Origin: Promethearchaeota archaeon
GTDB taxonomy: Archaea; Asgardarchaeota; Lokiarchaeia; Sigyniarchaeales; SOKP01
Reading direction: 5' to 3'
Length of the DNA stretch: 20,217 nucleotides
NCBI GenBank assembly: GCA_018238625.1
Contig: JABCSY010000073.1
Span: 1 to 20,217 of the forward strand
Shown piece after piece: positions 1 to 8,325 of the stretch. Each line of letters starts with the position of its first letter. Positions within the stretch are counted from its first letter, which is position 1. The position numbers and the translations under genes are program-made. Below the pieces are notes generated by a model. The model was not told the origin of the DNA and did no database searches. It was given only the letters and a program-made list of their open reading frames with translations.

Positions 1-198
1 ATAAATCGAAAATAAATAATGTTATTGATAATTAATGTTTAACCGATGTATTATAAATAATTTCAAGTTTTGGATTATTTTAGACAGATCCAAAAATCTT
101 AAATCAAATTTTTAAATTAAAGAAAATATTTATTTTTAAAATTATTTTAAAAGTTATTCTATTGTAAAAATTTTACGTAAAAACTTTTTGATGGTAAA

Positions 199-885
199 GT
201 GAAACAAAAACATAAAATTATTTGCGCAATTGTTTTATTAAATTTCTTTATATTTGGTTTTTGCCTTAATTCCAATGTTAAGGCACAGGACCCCGTACAT
301 AACATAGGGTTTAACGAGGGAACTGAATTGATTTGGGAAGTAACTCAATTAGATTTAAGCAACTTTAGAGAAGTCTTTGGATTTGATCCCAATTTTGAGT
401 TAGGAGATCAAATAAGAATGATTATTAGAGAAATTCATGATCTTGGTAGTTTTTGGAGAATAAATGTAGAATTTTGGGATTACAAAACTGATTGGGGTTT
501 GAGTGGAGAAGTGAGGGCTATTAATATTGGAAAATACCCCGAAAATTACGACGATTATCTATTCTGCCTTACTCCAATTGACGATTATTTGGACGAAGTT
601 AGTGACATTTTACCATCGGAGTATTATATAAATGGGTATTCGATATTTAAACAAACAAGAAGCGATACTGGAAAGGATTATTTATGGGAAAAAGAATTCG
701 ATACTAGAGGAATTCTTGCAATTGAAACTCATTACGATGATCTTAACCAAGTTATAGTAAGACTGGAAGGAACGTTTAGGATTATTCCTTTTGGCACCTA
801 TTTTATAGGATTTTCGTTTGTGGCTATTATTGCTATAATATTCATTTCTTTGAAAAAGAAAAAAATTAGAACTACTTCTATTTAA
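199..885 (+). CDS. Secreted, C-terminally membrane-anchored hypothetical protein (Loki-CTERM-like sorting signal)
   Basis: GTG start. N-terminal signal peptide (MKQKHK, hydrophobic stretch, VKA|Q cleavage-like site), then an acidic, aromatic-rich ectodomain. Ends with IPFG-x-YF, a TM helix and a KKKK basic tail. Confidence 0.8.
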   Translation: MKQKHKIICAIVLLNFFIFGFCLNSNVKAQDPVHNIGFNEGTELIWEVTQLDLSNFREVFGFDPNFELGDQIRMIIREIHDLGSFWRINVEFWDYKTDWGLSGEVRAINIGKYPENYDDYLFCLTPIDDYLDEVSDILPSEYYINGYSIFKQTRSDTGKDYLWEKEFDTRGILAIETHYDDLNQVIVRLEGTFRIIPFGTYFIGFSFVAIIAIIFISLKKKKIRTTSI

Positions 886-998
886 CATAATCATAATACG
901 ATATTCTTTTTTTAAAAAATTTATAAAAATTTCAATCTAAGGAATTTTTAATTCAAAATGTAAGGTCCAAAAGTTTTACAGGAATTAACCCTGCTAAG

Positions 999-1406
999 TC
1001 AAAATTTAAAGTCTTTTTGCCATTTTTTATATCCAATCTGCCAAAGCTTTAGCCTAGGTTTATTTACTTTATTGTCCACTTCAATACCTGGCTGAGGATT
1101 ATCCATCGCTTTATGATAACGAGCGTAATATTCCTCTGCGCTTGAAATCCCTTCAATCAAATATAAAATAGCTTTTTCTGTGAAATATAAAATTAAATCT
1201 GGTTTAATATTAGGCACCTGTTTTGTCATCTCTAAGCTATTTTCATTCTTTTTAAATAAATAATAGTGTAATTTGAAAGTGGTATCCCCAGTGGAATTTT
1301 CAGTGATAAAATACTCCCAGCAGGCATTCACGTGTAGATGTCTCATTAAATCTAATTTATTTGGAAAAAATGTTTCTAATTTTGCGTATAATTCTTCAGA
1401 ATCCAA
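999..1406 (-). CDS. Hypothetical protein, possible SCP2/sterol-carrier-like fold; paralog of 3005..3469
   Basis: 135 aa with TTG start, 20 bp downstream of the ALDH on the same strand. Shares PDL-x-L-x4-KAI-xx-LI...EY...GY-x-K(W/F) with the 154-aa ORF. The SCP2 assignment rests only on the PDLxLx(T/S)xxA motif and the size. Confidence 0.6.
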   Translation of the reverse strand: MDSEELYAKLETFFPNKLDLMRHLHVNACWEYFITENSTGDTTFKLHYYLFKKNENSLEMTKQVPNIKPDLILYFTEKAILYLIEGISSAEEYYARYHKAMDNPQPGIEVDNKVNKPRLKLWQIGYKKWQKDFKF

Positions 1407-1426
1407 ATTAAAACCACTAATTTTGA

Positions 1427-2920
1427 TTATTTGATATTGGATAGATTCTTATGAGTGCCATCGTAAATGTATTTTCCATAAACTAACTCTTGTGGGTAAT
1501 ATTTACAACCTGCGGGATAAGCAGAATCCTTTATTCCCCCTAATGAAACGGTGATATCAACCAACATTGGTTTTGCGTTAATGTAAATATTTGCAGCTTC
1601 TAATTGATTCTTAAAAACCTCAATATTGTTCAAATTAGAAGTGTAAACTACTGCTCTCATACCATAATTACTCGCATTTGCTAATCTAATTGCGTCTTTC
1701 ATATCTTTGGCTTTAGTAATAGAACGGACAGGTCCAAAAGCTTCTTCTCTCCACAAAAACGGCGCTTTTGTTAAATCTTCACACAATTCTGGTTTAATTT
1801 CAACCAGAGTTGGTTTGTAAAACAATCCATAATCCTCGCCAGTATCGATTTTGTCTGCTCCGGTATAGATTTTAACACCATATTCTTTAGCGTCAGCTAT
1901 CATCACTTCCATCATCATTAGTATACGTCGACTTCCTAATGGCCCAATATCAACGGTGGGATCTGTAGGGTCTCCATATTTTAGTTTCTCAATTTCTCTT
2001 ATTAGACATTCTATATATTCATCATATATATCTTGGTGGACTATAATACGCTTCATTGAGAAGCATTGCTGCCCGCTGTTAGTATAGCTGGCTACGGCAT
2101 TCCATTTTGCTACATGCTCTAAATTAACGTCATTCATTACTATTCCAGCATCGTTTCCTGCGCACTCGAAGAAGAATTGTTTGAAAGGTTGAGTATACAT
2201 TGTGACCCCCATTGATTTATCTGCAGTTTTTTTCAGCATCCTTCCATATCTCACAAGAATATCTTTTGCTGTATGCGAAGAGGTAACCGTCATTATAATC
2301 TTGACTAACTGAGAATTAAGAAATTCATCTACGGCCCATTCTCCAGGAGCTATAACCAAATCTAATGCATCTAACCCCGGAAAATCCATATCTTTCATGG
2401 TGGAATAAGCCTCTAACATGGTTAAGGGGCATGCGGTAGATGGTTTAACAATCGCACCATTTCCTACTAAATAATTAGCGCCCATCTGATAAAGGGGAAG
2501 GCTAATAGGTGTGTTACGGGGAGAAATACAAGCAGATAATCCATGGGGGATATTTTTTATTATTACATTTTTCTCTCCATCAATACCAGTTAATGGTTTG
2601 TCTTCAATAAATTGATAATACCAATCGCAAAATTTGAATCCCGTTAGAACGATATTGAGTTCCCATTCCGAATATTTGATCGGAAGTCCACCTTCTGCTA
2701 CAATAAGATCCTTTAATTGATTTTTTTTAAACCGGAGTTTGGCTGCAAATTTTGAAAGAATTTGGGCTCGCTCAAAAAAATCCATTTCTCTTAATAAATG
2801 TTGATTTTTATGTACTTTTTTTATTTTTGCTTGAACTGTTTCCGGTGTGTCAGCAGGGATAGTTCTTATAACTTCACCCGTATATTTATTCTTGATTATT
2901 AATTCTTTTACTTTTGACAT
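1427..2920 (-). CDS. NAD(P)-dependent aldehyde dehydrogenase (ALDH superfamily), divergent
   Basis: Conserved ALDH landmarks: PRNTP (oxyanion Asn), VKPS, ECAGND (general-base Glu), SGQQCFS (catalytic Cys), GDPTDPTVDIGPL, EEAFGPV, ANASNYGM. Confidence 0.93.
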   Translation of the reverse strand: MSKVKELIIKNKYTGEVIRTIPADTPETVQAKIKKVHKNQHLLREMDFFERAQILSKFAAKLRFKKNQLKDLIVAEGGLPIKYSEWELNIVLTGFKFCDWYYQFIEDKPLTGIDGEKNVIIKNIPHGLSACISPRNTPISLPLYQMGANYLVGNGAIVKPSTACPLTMLEAYSTMKDMDFPGLDALDLVIAPGEWAVDEFLNSQLVKIIMTVTSSHTAKDILVRYGRMLKKTADKSMGVTMYTQPFKQFFFECAGNDAGIVMNDVNLEHVAKWNAVASYTNSGQQCFSMKRIIVHQDIYDEYIECLIREIEKLKYGDPTDPTVDIGPLGSRRILMMMEVMIADAKEYGVKIYTGADKIDTGEDYGLFYKPTLVEIKPELCEDLTKAPFLWREEAFGPVRSITKAKDMKDAIRLANASNYGMRAVVYTSNLNNIEVFKNQLEAANIYINAKPMLVDITVSLGGIKDSAYPAGCKYYPQELVYGKYIYDGTHKNLSNIK

Positions 2921-3004
2921 ATTTCCATTTTACCTTTATATTTTAGTATTATTCCAACTTTAAAATTTACCTTAAAAAAAAATTATTACGTAATATTATT
3001 AAGC

Positions 3005-3469
3005 TTAATTCTCATCTTCGAGAATACCAGCAGTTTGAGCAAATTTTCCATAGCCCATATCAATTAAGGTTTGCGTCCTCTTGTGCAAAACAAAATCAAT
3101 CCATCCTTTTTCCTCGTCTGGTTCATTGTAAAAATATCCAAAAAGCTTTGTATATTCCACTTTCGTTTTTGTTTGGATTAATTTTTCAATAGCCTTGCTC
3201 GAGAGCGCTAATTCCAAATCAGGATTAACCGCATTCCCTGGCTTTATTTCGATCCCATGCCCATTACATAATACATTAAAAATATCTACAGGAGATTCAT
3301 CGTCATATGCTCCAAATGAATCATAAATTGCAAAATCAAAGTTTGATCCATGAACTAAATCAGAAAAAATCTCAGGGTATTGTGCCAGAAATGCTGTATA
3401 ATTTTTCGCTATTTCCGTCTTATATTCATTAATATCAGTAATTTGACTTAATAATTCTTTTTCAACCAT
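3005..3469 (-). CDS. Hypothetical protein, possible SCP2/sterol-carrier-like fold; paralog of 999..1406
   Basis: 154 aa with ATG start, 12 bp downstream of the SDR. Contains GIEIKPGNAVNPDLELALSSKAIEKLI, which resembles the SCP2 beta-strand/PD(L/V)T segment. Confidence 0.62.
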   Translation of the reverse strand: MVEKELLSQITDINEYKTEIAKNYTAFLAQYPEIFSDLVHGSNFDFAIYDSFGAYDDESPVDIFNVLCNGHGIEIKPGNAVNPDLELALSSKAIEKLIQTKTKVEYTKLFGYFYNEPDEEKGWIDFVLHKRTQTLIDMGYGKFAQTAGILEDEN

Positions 3470-3481
3470 TTTTTATCATTC

Positions 3482-4471
3482 TTACAATTTTTCTTTTTCA
3501 ATAAAATCTTTATACCATTCAATGGTTTTTATTAAACCTTCTCTTAAAGGCGTTATTTTGTAACCTATTTTTTCAATGGCTTTTTTTGAGGAGTAAGACC
3601 TATGAATTTTAATAGCGGAAACAGTAGGGCGCGTAATATAAGGTATTTTCCCGCTAATTTTTGCTCTAATTTCACACATCCAAGCGTATAACATGGCGCC
3701 CGACATTGGGAAATGTCTAGGCTTTTTAGTTTCCGCAATTTCAGCAATTAAATTGAGATAATCTCCAAAGGATACATTTTCTCCTCCAAGTATGAAATCT
3801 TCACCGCGCACATCATCTTTATCAATTACATTTACCATTCCATCAACAATATCGTTAATATAAGAATAAGTTGCTATCGAATCTCCTTTTCCAGGACACC
3901 CTAAGAATTTTCCTCTCGTGATATCATAAAGCATTTGACCAAAAATGTTGAAATCACCTGGACCATAGACAATACCAGGATAGAAAATTGTCGCATTTAA
4001 CCCTTTACCTATATATTCTTTAACTTTCCATTTTGCAAGGAACTTTGATTTTTCGTATTCCATAGAAAAGTTTTCCTTTTCATAGGTTTCGTCTACGGGC
4101 TCTGGGGTCGTTGGGCCAATAGCAGTAAAAGAACTTACGTAGTTAAATTTTATGTTATTCTTCATTGCGAGACTAGCAATGTTTTCAGTTCCTATAACAT
4201 TCACATCATGATAAAGAGATTTCTTCTTTGCCCAAATTGGAACATACGCTGCAAGATGGTATATAATATCAATATTGTCTACAGCCTTTTCCAAACTACT
4301 GATATCTTGAATATCACCAGTAATATATTCAATATTACTAAGATCTTTAAAAGGAGCTGTGTTACTACTCTCCCTTACTAAAAGTTTTAAGTCATGTCCT
4401 AATTGCTGTAGTTTTTTTACCAATGGAATGCCAATAAATCCCGTACCGCCAGTCACTAATATATTTGCCAT
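3482..4471 (-). CDS. Extended SDR, NAD-dependent epimerase/dehydratase (HpnA / dihydroflavonol reductase / 3-beta-HSD-like)
   Basis: ILVTGGTGFIG Rossmann motif, HLAA, NVIGT, YVSS, catalytic YEKSK and PGIVYGPGD. Start moved from 4519 to the ATG at 4471 (MANILVTGG), directly before the Rossmann strand. Confidence 0.92.
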   Translation of the reverse strand: MANILVTGGTGFIGIPLVKKLQQLGHDLKLLVRESSNTAPFKDLSNIEYITGDIQDISSLEKAVDNIDIIYHLAAYVPIWAKKKSLYHDVNVIGTENIASLAMKNNIKFNYVSSFTAIGPTTPEPVDETYEKENFSMEYEKSKFLAKWKVKEYIGKGLNATIFYPGIVYGPGDFNIFGQMLYDITRGKFLGCPGKGDSIATYSYINDIVDGMVNVIDKDDVRGEDFILGGENVSFGDYLNLIAEIAETKKPRHFPMSGAMLYAWMCEIRAKISGKIPYITRPTVSAIKIHRSYSSKKAIEKIGYKITPLREGLIKTIEWYKDFIEKEKL

Positions 4472-4707
4472 ATCAAAAAGATAAGTATTTTTATTCAAAT
4501 TTTGAATATTTAAAATCATTAAATTTGGTTTTTAAAGCTTCTCAAATCTTAGGGGTTTGTAACACTTAAGAGTATTAAGAATAGGAGAATTAGAATTTTT
4601 CATTTTGTACAAATTGCTTCTTTTTTAGCTTAAATTTTAATTTAAAAAAGTAATAATAAAATTATATTAACTCAAACAAAATTCTTAGTTAATCTGCTAA
4701 ATTTCAC

Positions 4708-5256
4708 ATGTTAAAAATGAATAGAGAGAATTTTCTTTCACAACTTCAATTACCTTTTTTAGCAACACCAAGGCATCTACTGGAAGAAATATTTCATATT
4801 CTTCAAGTTAAATTTGGTTTAACGAGAAACTCTAACCAAAAACTTGTAGATTTGGGGGCGGGGAATGGTCAAATAATCATCTATTCTGTTTTAAATTATG
4901 GAATAAAGTCATTTGGCATTGAAATCAATGAGAATTTAATTATTGAAGCAAGACAAAAAATAAAGAAGTTAAAAAAAGAAAAGAAATATAAGAGAAAGTT
5001 ATTTCGCAAGATTAAATTAAGACAAGAAGATTTTTTTAATATTTCTTTAGAAAAATATAATTTTGTATATATTTATTCCTTGCCTACAATGCAAAAATTA
5101 TTAAATCACGTGTTTTTAACAGCAAAACCAGGAGTAGTCGTCATATCTTTTAAATACCCGCTGAATGATTTTGAGAAGATTCTGAAATTGTCGTATAAAT
5201 TAGAGTTAAAGGGTGATCAGCAAGATTTTAATACCTATTATTATGTTAAATTATAA
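4708..5256 (+). CDS. Class I SAM-dependent methyltransferase, aKMT / FAM173 / DOT1-like protein-lysine methyltransferase
   Basis: LPFLATP pre-motif, motif I VDLGAGNG, post-I GIEIN, QEDFF, VYIY and VVISFKYP follow the pattern recalled for archaeal aKMT/FAM173. Confidence 0.8.
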   Translation: MLKMNRENFLSQLQLPFLATPRHLLEEIFHILQVKFGLTRNSNQKLVDLGAGNGQIIIYSVLNYGIKSFGIEINENLIIEARQKIKKLKKEKKYKRKLFRKIKLRQEDFFNISLEKYNFVYIYSLPTMQKLLNHVFLTAKPGVVVISFKYPLNDFEKILKLSYKLELKGDQQDFNTYYYVKL

Positions 5257-5424
5257 AAAATTAATCAATTTTAATTTCTCTCCGCTTTAATACTAATTAA
5301 GATTATTAAATCGTAATATTCTGATATTACCCTGGTATGTAAGGAATCCCGTGAAATGAGTGTTTCACGATCTGAAATATTAAAAAATCTTTCTCTCTTT
5401 AAAAAAAGTATATAAGTTAGAAGG

Positions 5425-6300
5425 TTAAGTACCATTCCACGATATTACATATTTCAATTCTTCGGGGTTCTCAATATCTGGTTCTGAGAACGCCCACTTT
5501 CCACCCATTCCGACTTCTTTCGCACTCAGATCAAAGTGACATACAGCAATCCCAATATCGAGACCTACAAAATTGTTATAAATCGAACCTTTCTTATCTT
5601 TTGAGAACCTTACGTAAAAATGAAAATTATCAGCATCCAGCTCTTTTATTATTCTCCATGGTTGCTTATTACCCGCAGATGGACCAAGACGAACCATTTC
5701 TAGTAAAGTTGCGTATTTACCAATATTTTCTTGAGAAAGAGTAGTAGAGAAATCTCGTTCAAAAAAAAGCTGATCCCATGGATATCTTGCGTTAGCTTTT
5801 ACGAACGAACGAATTACTTTTTCTTTTGCTCTTCTTGTTTCTGCGGCGTACCCTACAGGTGTAATTGCGGGTACAACTTCGTCAGGTCCGCATTCAACTT
5901 TTTTAGAAAAAAGACTTTGATTAAAAAAACCTCCTAACCAACATGTACCTAAATTCATATCAGTTGCTGATAAAATAATAGCTTCTAAAAGATAACCATA
6001 ATTTTCCCGGGCATAATCAGACTTTTCAGATTTTTCAACTGCTCCAACAATAAATTCTTGGGCACCCTTTATCAATCCATAAGTACCCAACTTTTTTTTT
6101 TCATCCGGATCAAATTCTGGCATACCTATTAAATTAAATCGGCAATTCCCAGCAACCTCGCTAAACGGACTTTTAAAATTACGCAATTTTAATATTTCTA
6201 GCAACTTTTCCTTTACTTGATCTTCAAGTAACCGTTTAGAATAAGTCCTCCAAGAAGTTCGCTGCTTTATAATATCAAATATTGATTTAGAGAATACCAT
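5425..6300 (-). CDS. Nitroreductase-family FMN-binding protein (two-domain TM1586-like)
   Basis: RTSWRTY FMN-binding N-terminus, LGTCWLGG, PSAGNKQPW and DIGIAVCHF. Confidence 0.9.
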   Translation of the reverse strand: MVFSKSIFDIIKQRTSWRTYSKRLLEDQVKEKLLEILKLRNFKSPFSEVAGNCRFNLIGMPEFDPDEKKKLGTYGLIKGAQEFIVGAVEKSEKSDYARENYGYLLEAIILSATDMNLGTCWLGGFFNQSLFSKKVECGPDEVVPAITPVGYAAETRRAKEKVIRSFVKANARYPWDQLFFERDFSTTLSQENIGKYATLLEMVRLGPSAGNKQPWRIIKELDADNFHFYVRFSKDKKGSIYNNFVGLDIGIAVCHFDLSAKEVGMGGKWAFSEPDIENPEELKYVISWNGT

Positions 6301-6642
6301 AACATTTCATAATCATTAACATTATATATAATCATAAGAAAAATTAGGAAAGAAAAAGAAAAAGAAAAAATCACTATATTGAAAAATGCTGAATTACGCA
6401 AACAACTTATCTAAAGCGCACAAAGACAAGATTATCAACTAAAAATGTGATGGAATATTGACCGTAGGCATCGAGTTAAGGCTTTTAAACCGCTATATTG
6501 AATAAACAAAAACTATGTAGAATCAACAAACTTAAATATCATATTTTCTTTTAAGTTATTAACTAAATGATTTGTAGTCTATCTTTTTCGGAATTGCAAA
6601 GTTAGGCTCAATTTTTAAAAATAAAAAACATTCAGGCTAAAA

Positions 6643-8229
6643 ATGAAGATATTATATGTAAATCCGGCTCGTTTACAGTCGGGGTTAGACGCAATAATTA
6701 CGGGTTCTCCCTTAAGCTTAATTTCGATCGCTGCTATGGTACCAGAGCACGAGGCAAAATTGTTTGATTTTAAGGTAGATAAATATCGAGAAAAGCAATT
6801 TCGTAGCGAATTAAATCGTTACGATGTAGTAGCTATTACAAGCATGACGCCTCAAATCTATTCAGCATTGGAGGTTGCAAAAATGGCTAAAGAACAAGGA
6901 TGCACCACAATTATAGGGGGATATCATCCTACACTAGTACCTGAATTCGTAGCTAAGCACGATTACGTAGATTTTACCGTTCGTGGTGAAGGAGAACATA
7001 CCTTTAAAGAGATTATTGATTATATCGATGGCAACAAAAACAATGTTTCGATAAAAGAAATTGACGGAATATCGTACTTGAATAAAGACGGTAAAATAAT
7101 CCACAATAATGAGCGACAGTTGGAATGTAATTTAGATAATTTTCCGTTGCCTCGTAGAGATCTTTTAAAAGGAAAACTTTACACTTATTTAGGAACAACA
7201 ACTCAGCAAGTTGAAACTTCTCGAGGTTGTCCACACAATTGCAAGTTTTGTTGCATAATTAAGATGTGGCGAAATTCGAATCAAAATATTACTTACAGAA
7301 CTAAATCAATTACACGAATTATGCAAGAGATTTACGACGTAGATTGGAAAAACGATTTTATATTCTTTTGCGAAGATAATTTTACCATAAACGCAAAACG
7401 AACGCATAAAATTTTAGATACAATTATAAAGTCGGGTGTCCCAAATAAGATGCACTTTTCCTGCCAATCTCGGGTTGATACTTTGTATAGAAACCCTATA
7501 TTAATCGAAAAACTTTATAAAGCTGGATTTAAGCAAGTATTTCTAGGTATTGAATCAGTACATCAACAAAGTTTAGATGCTATGAATAAGAAAAACACAA
7601 CGCCCGCTATGGTTCAAAAAGTGGTAAAAAGCCTACGAGATAAAGGCATATCCATCTTTGGAGGCGTTATTATTGGCTTCCCGGGAGAAACAAAACGGAT
7701 GGTTCGGCAGAATATCCAGTATGCGATTGATTTAGATTTAGATGTTGTTCAGTTTACACCGATTACCGCTTTTCCTGGGACCGATTTTTACGACGAAGTG
7801 AAAGAAAAGGGCATGATAACTGCTCATAATTATAAATTTTACGATTTGTTCCATCCAATGATGAGAACTGAGGAATTATCGTCTAAAGATTTCCTTCAAT
7901 TAGTTGCTGAAGGTTACGCCGCTTTCTACTTAAGAAGTTGGATCATAAGAAGAGCAAAAGAGTATATGAATCCGTTTGGAAAATTTAATTGGATGCTTTC
8001 ATGTATGGGTAAATTAATCAAACAAGGTGTTTTAGGTGGATTGGGCATGCTATACACCCAAGGAATTACAAGTAAAGTTATATCTGACGAACTAAGGAAC
8101 CCAGAGGAACTAATGAAGGACATTTATATCTCCAGCGAGAACCCAATTGTAAAAGCCTCCGAACCAAATATTAAACCCAAAATTTTTACACACGATAATG
8201 TTAGAGAAGAAATAAGTGAACAAACTTAA
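6643..8229 (+). CDS. Cobalamin-binding radical SAM enzyme
   Basis: N-terminal B12-binding Rossmann domain (IIGGYHPT, VRGEGE), TSRGCPHNCKFC (CxxxCxxC), EDNF, GIES, IIGFPGET and FPGT. Confidence 0.93.
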   Translation: MKILYVNPARLQSGLDAIITGSPLSLISIAAMVPEHEAKLFDFKVDKYREKQFRSELNRYDVVAITSMTPQIYSALEVAKMAKEQGCTTIIGGYHPTLVPEFVAKHDYVDFTVRGEGEHTFKEIIDYIDGNKNNVSIKEIDGISYLNKDGKIIHNNERQLECNLDNFPLPRRDLLKGKLYTYLGTTTQQVETSRGCPHNCKFCCIIKMWRNSNQNITYRTKSITRIMQEIYDVDWKNDFIFFCEDNFTINAKRTHKILDTIIKSGVPNKMHFSCQSRVDTLYRNPILIEKLYKAGFKQVFLGIESVHQQSLDAMNKKNTTPAMVQKVVKSLRDKGISIFGGVIIGFPGETKRMVRQNIQYAIDLDLDVVQFTPITAFPGTDFYDEVKEKGMITAHNYKFYDLFHPMMRTEELSSKDFLQLVAEGYAAFYLRSWIIRRAKEYMNPFGKFNWMLSCMGKLIKQGVLGGLGMLYTQGITSKVISDELRNPEELMKDIYISSENPIVKASEPNIKPKIFTHDNVREEISEQT

Positions 8230-8325
8230 TTTCTTTGATACTATCGGAAATGTTCTTTTTATATCAACCAATTATATACCAAATCTTTTTTTAGATTCGT
8301 TTATTTATTCAAATGATTATTTATC

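Noticed and set aside
4472-4519. 16-codon N-terminal extension of the SDR given by the ORF track
   Set aside because: AT-rich sequence with no family resemblance. The Rossmann fold starts right after the ATG at 4471.
4630-4645. Inverted repeat ttaaatt-tt-aatttaa between the divergent SDR and methyltransferase genes
   Set aside because: All A/T in a very AT-rich spacer, so expected by chance.
6386-6505. Possible gene remnant MLNYANNLSKAHKDKIIN*KCDGILTVGIELRLLNRYIE* between the nitroreductase and radical SAM genes
   Set aside because: Short, interrupted and not similar to any family I recognise. It would need a BLASTX hit to support it.
6552-6566. taagtta-t-taactaa upstream of the radical SAM gene, resembling the TetR operator half-sites
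   Set aside because: The spacer is 1 bp rather than 7 and one arm is mismatched, which is too weak in AT-rich DNA to call a regulon member.
3482-8229. Hopanoid biosynthesis cluster suggested by the HpnA-like SDR plus an HpnJ/HpnP-like radical SAM enzyme
   Set aside because: No squalene synthase or squalene-hopene cyclase in the window. The two genes are separated and on opposite strands, and both families are broad.
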